DNA of 64,000 nucleotides. Origin: an uncultured Bacteroidales bacterium (GTDB lineage: Bacteria > Bacteroidota > Bacteroidia > Bacteroidales > UBA4417). Shown here one piece after another: positions 8,785 to 16,816 of the stretch (positions are counted from its first letter, which is position 1; each line of letters opens with the position of its first letter). The position numbers and the translations under genes were made by a program. Location: contig CAWDHU010000025.1 in assembly GCA_963802185.1 (NCBI GenBank), forward strand, positions 16,997-80,996. The letters run 5' to 3'. The notes under the pieces were generated by a model. That model was given only the letters and a program-made list of their open reading frames with translations. It did no database searches and had not been told where the DNA came from.

Positions 8785-9567
8785 CTATTCCATCTTGATA
8801 GATTTCAGTATTGTTATTAGGCTTTTAATGTTTTGATTAAAATCACCCTTTGAAAAATCAAAGTATTGAATATTTGAAAAAAGATTAGTGAGGTTTTGCG
8901 GCATTGAATTAATTGTAGAAAAAGGGTCTGTTAAAAAAATAGGAATAATATTATTTCCATAATTCCCTAATTTATGCTTATCAAGAGCATATTCTATTTC
9001 ATTTAACGAAAATTGAGAATTAATGGTCTGGTCACTTATGAGCATCAAGAAGAAACCTTCCTCAATTGTTTCATTTATTGCTGCTCTTAATTGGTCAGCC
9101 CATGGAATAGAAGTGTCTAATGACTGATAGTCTAAAAATACCGTATAATCATTTTGCTCTAATTGTACAGAAATAGCCTGAGCTTGCTTTAAGTCTTTAT
9201 GAGCATATGAAAGGAATATCGTAATTCTTTTTGACAAAGTTTTTATTCCTTCTATTTGACTGTCTACGTCATCATCCAAATTAATAACCTGATAAACTTT
9301 GTCTGGTAATGACCTTATAAAATCAATCTCTGTCTGAACCCATTTTGATTCTTTTGCATTTGTGCTATCACATAGAATAAACCAATTTCTCGCTGCGATT
9401 TCGCGTTTTATCAAGTCGTCAACTTCGGAATTATCACTTAAACATTTTAGGAAAAACAATAATGGTTTATGTCCTTTTAATTCTAATTGGTTTCTAATTT
9501 CACGGACTTTATTCCAATCTTTCAATGAATGTGAAACAAAAATCCATGCACCATTTTCATTATCCAT
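8785..9567 (-). CDS. tandem TIR-domain protein (single-gene cassette)
   Basis: 260 aa with two TIR-like modules. The first is WIFVSHSLKDWNKVREI...SKWVQTEIDF. The second is ITIFLSYAHKDLKQAQAIS...SQFSLNEIEYAL. Each has a conserved Glu at the position of the TIR catalytic Glu. Confidence 0.8.
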   Translation of the reverse strand: MDNENGAWIFVSHSLKDWNKVREIRNQLELKGHKPLLFFLKCLSDNSEVDDLIKREIAARNWFILCDSTNAKESKWVQTEIDFIRSLPDKVYQVINLDDDVDSQIEGIKTLSKRITIFLSYAHKDLKQAQAISVQLEQNDYTVFLDYQSLDTSIPWADQLRAAINETIEEGFFLMLISDQTINSQFSLNEIEYALDKHKLGNYGNNIIPIFLTDPFSTINSMPQNLTNLFSNIQYFDFSKGDFNQNIKSLITILKSIKME

Positions 9568-9637
9568 AATTCTATGTCGTTTAATTTGTTATTAGTTCTT
9601 GATTAAAACATCTTGCTGTCTGTCCGTTTTTGGCATT

Positions 9638-9880
9638 GCCCATAACGGCTGACGCTATGGCAAGTGCGGGAATAAATTGTTGCTCAACTGTCTGCCAGCA
9701 CAAATGTATATAAAGATTTCAAATGTTTCAACGAACACGCAAACCCGCATTTGCTATAGCTACGCTATGGCAAGTGCGGGAATAAATTGTTGCTCAACTG
9801 TCTGCCAGCACAAATGTATGTAAAGATTTCAAACGTTTCAACGAACACGCATACCCGCATTTGCTATAGCGTTTGTTAGC
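9638..9880 (-). repeat. two attC-like repeats fused head-to-tail (inner R boxes missing)
   Basis: Copy 1 (9638-9760) ends at ...TTGCTATAGC. Copy 2 begins immediately with TACGCTATGGCAAGTGCGGG and ends at GTTAGC 9875-9880. Confidence 0.7.
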
Positions 9881-9893
9881 TGTAGTTGTTTCT

Positions 9894-10208
9894 TTAAACC
9901 ATTAGTTTCCATAGTTGAATAAAAACCGAAATATTCGATATAATGCTCAAAAAGAGGGCAATTTGAATTGTCAGTTTCATTTCTTTTTTCCGAACTGCAA
10001 TAAGTCCGAATATTAAGGACGAAAGACCTAGAATTGAGAAGTAATATTTATAATAAAACTGGGCAATCTCAATAATTCCAAGCAATGCACGAGTCTTTCC
10101 GTCCGATAACAAATACTGTTCTGCTATTTTTCGATTCACTATGATGACTGCAATAATACAAACGATGCTTAATATTATCGACAAAGCAGAAAATCTATAC
10201 TTTTTCAT
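9894..10208 (-). CDS. hypothetical small membrane protein (cassette gene)
   Basis: 104-aa ORF with 3 predicted TM helices, placed between attC-like sites. Confidence 0.5.
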   Translation of the reverse strand: MKKYRFSALSIILSIVCIIAVIIVNRKIAEQYLLSDGKTRALLGIIEIAQFYYKYYFSILGLSSLIFGLIAVRKKEMKLTIQIALFLSIISNISVFIQLWKLMV

Positions 10209-10287
10209 TCACTGAATCATTTAATGTCTTCGTGTCGTTCTCAAGTTTGGTTGTCAATTTCGGGATTTTTTGTACAATTACTGCCAA

Positions 10288-10310
10288 TGCCCATAGGCGT
10301 GTGTTAGCTG
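10288..10310 (-). repeat. collapsed attC-like relic (R boxes only)
   Basis: TGCCCATA-GGCGTGT-GTTAGCTG retains only the two terminal boxes seen in the full repeats (CCCATAAC... / ...GTTAGC). The whole stem is missing. Confidence 0.4.
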
Positions 10311-10337
10311 CCGTAGTTTGGTTGTTCAACATTGTAT

Positions 10338-10999
10338 TCAGCTATAAAAACTCCAATTCAAATTTTCTATTGTTTGGTATTCTGCTATTTTTTTTATTAT
10401 TGAGTTTTGATGAGCAGCACCGATAAAAAAAACTGCTTGGTTATACTGATTTTCTTTGCTGTATGAGTATATATTATAAAGCATTTCATTCTCACGCTTA
10501 TCTTGATCTTCGTAGAATGTTTCGTAAATACGATTTAGCTTTTTTTGTGAATGCCTTCTAAATCCAGTAATTTTCTTTCTATATCTTTTTTTTTGTGTAA
10601 TAATTCAGAATGCTTAGCACTATTTAGATAGGCAAATCCTTCTATTTTCATTATCTTTTTTTGTTCTATTTCTATTTCATTGTAAATATCATATTTTTTA
10701 AAAAAGTCAAACACAAAGTTTATTTCTTTAGAAAAAATCGAATTTGTCATAATATCTACAGGAATGTTTTTAATGTTATGGGTCTGTAGATATTTTTTGA
10801 TACATTTGATTTCCAAGACTTCTTCCAATAACTCCTCTAACCCTAAGATATTTTCGTTGTAAACTTTATCAAATAAACTGTTCGGAAGTTCTTCAAAAAT
10901 TATATTTGGATTTATTGAATCAATAATATTGTACAACTCATCAGAATTACATTTTCCAATTTCAGAATGGTGAGTACAAATAAGACTAATGTTTTGCAT
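10338..10999 (-). pseudogene. hypothetical cassette protein, interrupted by a frameshift at a homopolymer
   Basis: The 154-aa ORF (10535-10999) stops at ...EGIHKKS. A second frame, open from 10604 to TGA 10338, continues ...NRIYETFYEDQDKRENEMLYNIYSYSKENQYNQAVFFIGAAHQNSIIKKIAEYQTIENLNWSFYS. T7 (10540-10546) and T9 (10586-10594) runs lie in the overlap. Confidence 0.5.
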
Positions 11000-11056
11000 A
11001 TCATTCTTCTACTACTAAAGTCAATTTACTAAGGCTCCTCTGTTTGATTTTCATGT

Positions 11057-11461
11057 TTAATAAATCGGAATAACTGCTCTACCTTCACTTGGCCAATATA
11101 CTTGCCATACACTTCCATCTATTTGGTCAAGAAGAATTAAGTTATACGGATTTTCGGTTGGATGCAATATAAATCTTCCATTAGATTCATTTTCGGGAGT
11201 TACACGAGGGGTTAAACTTAATATACTTTGAAAGCGTTTATTTGCATCAGCATTGAATTGTATTACCCAAAGTTTTCCGTTTCGTGTATTTAATTTAATA
11301 AATGTCCAAGTGTTTCCTGTCGGATAAAGCTTATAAACTGCTGTTGTATCATGAGCTTGATTGCTTATATTAGAATTTCCATTAACCATATCGGCTTGAT
11401 TCTGAGAATAAGAAGTTAGTGTTATAAATACTAACATTAGAGAAATCATAATTTTCTTCAT
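11057..11461 (-). CDS. hypothetical secreted protein (signal peptide)
   Basis: 134 aa. MKKIMISLMLVFITLTSYSQ is a signal peptide. No family was recognised. Confidence 0.6.
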   Translation of the reverse strand: MKKIMISLMLVFITLTSYSQNQADMVNGNSNISNQAHDTTAVYKLYPTGNTWTFIKLNTRNGKLWVIQFNADANKRFQSILSLTPRVTPENESNGRFILHPTENPYNLILLDQIDGSVWQVYWPSEGRAVIPIY

Positions 11462-11772
11462 GCCATTTGATTTTAAAGTTTGTTTTTTCTTGTCTTTCTG
11501 CCTTGTTGAAATGTGATTTCAGCCCGCAAACGAATAGATTCACTCGACTCAAAGTCTATTCTATTAGTTTTCCGTCGTTGTCAATCATAGTCGAGAAGCT
11601 AAAAATCCAATTCTTTCCATAGAAAATCTGCGAAGAATTGTCCGCCAAGCTGAATTCCGATAGTCAACAAATTCTGTCGTTACAGATTCGTCTGGTTATG
11701 TCTCGAAAGCTGACAGTTCTTCAAAGATTTTTCAACCGACAAGTCTGTCTTTTTTCTTTTTTTACAATTACA

Positions 11773-11902
11773 GCTAACGGCTGACGCTATGGCAAGTGCG
11801 GGAATAAATTGTTGCTCAACTGTCTGCCAGCACAAATGTATATAAAGATTTCAAATGTTTCAACGAACACGCAAACCCGCATTTGCTATAGCGTTTGTTA
11901 TG
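11773..11902 (-). repeat. attC-like structured repeat
   Basis: 130 bp, GCTAAC-GGCTG-ACGCTATGGCAAGTGCGGG...CCCGCATTTGCTATAGCGT-TT-GTTATG. It is nearly identical to the copies at 12638, 13389 and 14127. Confidence 0.8.
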
Positions 11903-12637
11903 CAGCAGTTTTTCATTTCTGTCAGTTATTCTCAATTATATCTTAGCATAAATTTCAAGAGTTCAAGTCTATCTGATTAATATAATTTTCATGCTGTCAA
12001 TTGTTTCAATTCTCAAATCAATGTCATAAATCAGTCAATTGAAATATCAAGTTACAATTCTTTTAATCATTAACTTCTATCCCATGAAATTCTGCAGCAA
12101 AAATCCAACTGTCCAAGTCTAGTTATTACTTCGATATTTGAATGAAAATTAGCAAGTTCAATAGTAAAAATTGAATATCTTCAGACTGTTCGATAATATC
12201 TTAAAGTAATTCATATCAATTTCTGTCAGATATATCAATTTTGTCTTGTCAATTAATTATACAATCTGACAAGTTCAGAATGCAATATTTATCGAAAACA
12301 AATCTTATTATAGATTCTGTAAGCTATCTATATCAATATCTTAAAATGCAACGCCGTATTTGATATGATCATTTGTCATAAGCAGCATTCTCTAAATCGT
12401 CTTATTCAACTCGAACTTCTCGCTGAAAGCGAATTCAAAACGAACACGACTCTTCGCTCGTTGTTGTGTCTGCATCAAGCAAACACTTCTGTCCGGCCAA
12501 AAAGCTCTCTGCGGAATTCGTCTACATTGTCAAGGTAGGAGAGAAGCCTGGATATTCAGTGAACGAAATAGAATCTTCGAACTTGGTCAAATCTTCGCTA
12601 TTTTGTTCTGTCTGTCTGGGTTTCTATACGCTGCGCT

Positions 12638-12767
12638 GCTAACGGCTGACGCTATGGCAAGTGCGGGAATAAATTGTTGCTCAACTGTCTGCCAGCACAA
12701 ATGTATGTAAAGATTTCAAATGTTTCAACGAACACGCATACCCGCATTTGCTATAGCGTTTGTTAGC
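12638..12767 (-). repeat. attC-like structured repeat
   Basis: 130-bp near-identical copy ending in GTTAGC. Confidence 0.8.
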
Positions 12768-13388
12768 GGTAGTTTTTTATTTTTTCAATTCGTCAATTCT
12801 TCATAATTTGTCTGATTCATAATGTCATGATCAATAATTCTTTCAGTATCATTCGTAAATTAATATATATCTGTCAATAATCATGCTTCAATTTGAATTA
12901 AGTCTAGTCTTATATATCAATATTCATGATAGTTCAAGTTATGTAATAAGTATTCTATATTCTCTTGTCAATTTGTATAAAGTTATCTAAGTATAGTCTC
13001 TTAGTATTATATCATTAGTAAATAATTCAATAATTATTCGTAATATGAATTCTGAATTATTCGTCCAATCTATTGATTTCGAATAGCCATTTAATATCTA
13101 TTATCAATTTCAAATTGAATTCATCATAGACTAATTTGCATGTTAATACTTGTTCAAAATATGCAAGTCATTCTCAATCAGCTATATGAATGTCTGAATT
13201 TTTCTGTCAGTAATTCAAAATTGTCATAATGCATTCTAAAGATAAGTACTTATAATTCAATTCTGAATTTGTCCAATAGTGATTTTCAATTCAATAGTTT
13301 GTCAATGTTCATTGCTTGAACAATATTTAAATGTCAATAATTGTCAATATTAATGTCTGAATTTGTCATGTTTTTTCATAAAATTGCT

Positions 13389-13518
13389 GCTAACGGCTGA
13401 CGCTATGGCAAGTGCGGGAATAAATTGTTGCTCAACTGTCTGCCAGCACAAATGTATGTAAAGATTTCAAATGTTTCAACGAACACGCAAACCCGCATTT
13501 GCTATAGCGTTTGTTAGC
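13389..13518 (-). repeat. attC-like structured repeat
   Basis: 130-bp near-identical copy ending in GTTAGC. Confidence 0.8.
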
Positions 13519-14126
13519 AGCAGTGTTTTTTTCTTTCAATGTAGTTTGCATTCCAAATTATCTTTCAAATGATTCAATCGAATTTCATAATCACGTTTTG
13601 CAATTCTAAATTTGTCAGCTGTAATCTAGTGTTTTGTCATTAATCATACTTGGATCTCATAATAGTCAAATCATTCTATGTCAATAATTACTTGTATTGT
13701 CATAATCTGTAAATTCAAGTTGTCTATAAAATCTGTCTAATGAAGTTATAATTTCATTGTCTAATCAAGTTACTGAATTGTTCATGTCAACATAATTGAG
13801 ATTGCTTTGGTATAAATTCAAGCAAACAATTTCTGTTGTCAAATTCATTCTGAATATGTCTTGATAATATTTGACAATTCCAAGTATTCAATAAATTGTC
13901 TAGTCGAATTATGTTGTATCAATAATTCTGAGATTCTCATAGTCAATACTCATGTTCTGTTAATCTGTTTAATGAATATGCTTTTGTCATGCAATAGTCT
14001 AATGAATTCTAACAATATAAGCAGAAATGTCAATGATTTCCATAATCTAATGTTTATTATGTCATAGTTCAAAATTTCAATAGTATTGATCTGTCAATAT
14101 GATTTTCTGCGGTCTTCAAAATTGCT

Positions 14127-14252
14127 GCTAACGGCTGACGCTATGGCAAGTGCGGGATTAAATTGTTGCTCAACTGTCTGCCAGCACAAATGTATGTAAA
14201 GATTTCAAATGTTTCAACGAACACGCAAACCCGCATTTGCTATAGGTTGTTT
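14127..14252 (-). repeat. attC-like structured repeat, recombinase-proximal copy with a degenerate outer box
   Basis: It has the same left box, stem and loop as the other copies. The right end reads ...GCTATAG-GTTGTTTAA instead of ...GCTATAGCGTTTGTTAGC. Confidence 0.7.
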
Positions 14253-14852
14253 AAAAAGTCGTCTTCATATTTTCGATGTTTGTTTTAACAATTACTGATA
14301 ACTAGTCTATAGCAACAAATATATACCACTTTTCAATACAAGATAAACACTTTCAAAATTATTATTTGCTCTTTTATTACCTGAATTAAATGGTTTCAAT
14401 ATGTTGTGGATTAACTACCCCCTCTCTTTACTTCAAAGAGAGGGGGCAGGGGGTGAGTTTTTTGAGTAATTCATATCTGATCACACAAACTTAATCTATT
14501 TCCTGACTTCATCACTTGGGTGCCCCAGTCGAAATTAAATACTTGAGAATCTCATAAATAACAAAAAATTGCTTTTGTGTTGTCAAATGTTCAATTCACA
14601 TGAAGTTATCACATATTTGGGTGTCCCCGCGACGAAGTCAAGAGATAAGCACACTCAAATTTATTATTTGCTTTTATTTCACATCAAATGAATGGTCTCA
14701 ATATGTTGCAGGAAAACCACCCCCCTCTTTCAAAAAAATAAATACCTTTTCCCTTCTCCTTTCAGGAAAAGGTGCCCAAAGGGCGGATGAGGTTAAGAGG
14801 GGGGCAGCGGTTGAGTTTTTTATGTTTCATATTTAATCTCTGCAAACATCTT

Positions 14853-14930
14853 CTATTTCTCAGGATATTCACCTCCAAGCACCCCCTGCATCAGGTCAAG
14901 CGGACTGATAATTTTCCTGGCTGCTTTTGG
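14853..14930 (-). pseudogene. relic of a tyrosine recombinase 3' end (last ~25 codons plus stop)
   Basis: About 85% identical to 14981-15058. The minus strand would read PKAARKIISPLDLMQGVLGGEYPEK*, against PKAARKVISPLDRMQGMLGSDDPEK* in the intact gene. Confidence 0.7.
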
Positions 14931-14980
14931 GGCAGGGGGTGAGTTTTTTAAGTTTCATATTCAATCTCTATAAACATATT

Positions 14981-16717
14981 CTATTTCTCAGGATCATCAC
15001 TTCCAAGCATCCCCTGCATCCTGTCAAGCGGACTGATAACCTTCCGGGCTGCTTTTGGCAAAATATGAGTGTATACCATCGTCGTTTTAATATTCGTATG
15101 CCCCAGCAATTGCTGTATATACCGGATATCTGTCCCGTTCTCCAGCAGATGCGTGGCAAAACTATGCCTTAGCGTGTGTACACTGGCTTTCTTCTCCAGG
15201 CCTGCTTTTTCAACAGCTTGGCGCATCACATTTTGAACCGTGCCCGTACTTAAAGCTTCACCTTTATACTGCCCGGCAAAAACCCATTCGTCGGGAGGAT
15301 AGATTTTCCGGTAATCTTCGAGGTAAGCTACAATAGAGTAGGGGAGCATCACCACCCGGTCCTTATTGCCTTTGCTTTGCCTCACAAAAATTTTATGTTC
15401 ATCAAAGGAAATATCAACCCATTTCAACCCTACAATTTCACTTCGGCGCAGACCCGCTCCATAACCTAACAATAAAAGCAACTTATGCTTCGGATTTACA
15501 ACCTGGCTGAAAATACGCGAACACTCATCAAATGTAAGTACCACGGGTATTTTGTCCTCATCCCTGGGACGCGGAAGCTTGATTTCAAAACTGTCGCGAT
15601 GCAGCACCGTGCGGAAATAAAACTGTAACGAATTAATCACCATATTAACACTCGATACCGAAAGACCTTGTTCAACCTTCATGGCCAGGTGCCGCACAAT
15701 CTGTCTTTCAGTTAACGAGTCAGGACTCTGATATTCGTTAAAACGCAAAAATAAATTGAAAGCACTTACATAATTCCTGATCGAACTGCTACTGTAATTC
15801 ATAGCTGTCATATAGTCGATCATGGCAAGGGTGTAGGTGTGAACCATTACAGGAACCTGCTTCAGCAAGGCTTCCCGCATCCCTTTAAGTTGTGTGGCTT
15901 TTTTATTCAGGGCTTTGGACTTACGCAGATACCCTTGTGGCAAATTGCTCTGAACACGTATATTGAGTTTGTTGGCAAGTTCCTGCAGGTTTTCGAAAAT
16001 CACCGGCGTAGCATTCAGCACATAAGCTTCGAGCGCCGGGCTGTACCTGCTCCCTTGCCAGCGCCTCACCTCTTCCAGCAAAAACGGCACTTTCGGGCAA
16101 CGCAATACCATCCAACGCTTGTCGGCAGCATACGCATCCAGTTCAATAACGGTGTTTTCGTTAACAATAATTTCGGCAGCATCAAAGTAATTTTCCGGAA
16201 ACAGAACACCCGAATCCAGCAGCGCTTCAACTTTGATTTTCGTATTTACATGCCTGAAAACAAAGAAAGCCTTATGCTCCTTATTCCAGAACACCCCTTT
16301 AATATCCATCAACTTGCGCGAGAGATCTTCTTTGTATGGAACCTGCAGTATCCAATACTTTCCCACGCTTCCTTTGTAAACAATTTTGGCCGCAAATTCA
16401 GGGTCCGGGCCCTTATGTTCAACCGGCAAAGCAGGTTGAAGTTCGCTGATTGCCTCAGCTATGTGAACAATTTCATGCTGTATTACAGCAGGTTCAGGTG
16501 GCGGCTGATTGTTTTCGTCTTTCAGTATTTCAACTTCCCCAAAGGTAAGCAATATTCGCTCATAATTCACCTTGTTGTACAATAAATACCAACAAGTATG
16601 GGTTTGACTCCATCGTGCGTCAAGGCTCCTGGCTTTTTGCTTCAGCTCATTATCAAATCCAAAATATAACGCAATCTGGTAATCACCCCTGTGATAAAAC
16701 TTCCTGATTTGTATCAT
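14981..16717 (-). CDS. tyrosine site-specific recombinase (Xer-like catalytic domain with a ~300-aa N-terminal extension)
   Basis: Catalytic signature: GAGLRRSE (Arg), KGNKDR (Lys), HTLRHSFATHLL (His-x-x-Arg), LLGHTNIKTTMVYTHI (His...Tyr). ATG 16717 (MIQIRKFYHRGD) is preferred to the 16774 start. It is co-oriented with the cassette ORFs. Confidence 0.88.
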   Translation of the reverse strand: MIQIRKFYHRGDYQIALYFGFDNELKQKARSLDARWSQTHTCWYLLYNKVNYERILLTFGEVEILKDENNQPPPEPAVIQHEIVHIAEAISELQPALPVEHKGPDPEFAAKIVYKGSVGKYWILQVPYKEDLSRKLMDIKGVFWNKEHKAFFVFRHVNTKIKVEALLDSGVLFPENYFDAAEIIVNENTVIELDAYAADKRWMVLRCPKVPFLLEEVRRWQGSRYSPALEAYVLNATPVIFENLQELANKLNIRVQSNLPQGYLRKSKALNKKATQLKGMREALLKQVPVMVHTYTLAMIDYMTAMNYSSSSIRNYVSAFNLFLRFNEYQSPDSLTERQIVRHLAMKVEQGLSVSSVNMVINSLQFYFRTVLHRDSFEIKLPRPRDEDKIPVVLTFDECSRIFSQVVNPKHKLLLLLGYGAGLRRSEIVGLKWVDISFDEHKIFVRQSKGNKDRVVMLPYSIVAYLEDYRKIYPPDEWVFAGQYKGEALSTGTVQNVMRQAVEKAGLEKKASVHTLRHSFATHLLENGTDIRYIQQLLGHTNIKTTMVYTHILPKAARKVISPLDRMQGMLGSDDPEK

Positions 16718-16816
16718 AATAATAACGTTTACAGGATAAATTTCAAAAACTGATATTGAGATAATCGCAGTCAAATAAATAGCAATACCAAAGATATAAA
16801 ATAAAATTGAATTTTA

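Noticed and set aside
12872-13348. Reading the repeated ATTGACA words (- strand) as sigma-70 -35 boxes, i.e. a stack of promoters.
   Set aside because: Bacteroidota primary-sigma promoters use TTTG / TAnnTTTG rather than TTGACA / TATAAT. I saw no consistent -10 partner at 17 bp. The motif is kept only as an unexplained enriched word (see findings).
13861-14067. 68-aa ORF inside the third ORF-less cassette.
   Set aside because: It is on the strand opposite to all the other cassette genes. Its peptide is a low-complexity product of AT-rich sequence (NS/IL-rich). Nothing beyond its length suggests it is coding.
7380-14252. Regularly recurring ~130-bp repeats separated by unique sequence, which could be mistaken for a CRISPR array.
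   Set aside because: The repeats are about four times longer than CRISPR repeats. The spacers are 300-1300 bp and contain whole genes. The repeats are long imperfect palindromes with TAAC/GTTA ends. No cas genes are present.
14600-15172. ORFs 14600-14836 (+) and 14927-15172 (+) next to the recombinase gene.
   Set aside because: They lie within the duplicated recombinase-3'-end repeat region, or antisense to the recombinase. The translations are implausible.
15839-16585. 248-aa ORF antisense to the tyrosine recombinase (also 15921-16115 and 14968-15159).
   Set aside because: It is entirely contained within a gene with clear catalytic motifs on the other strand. Its translation has no recognisable features and is low in complexity.
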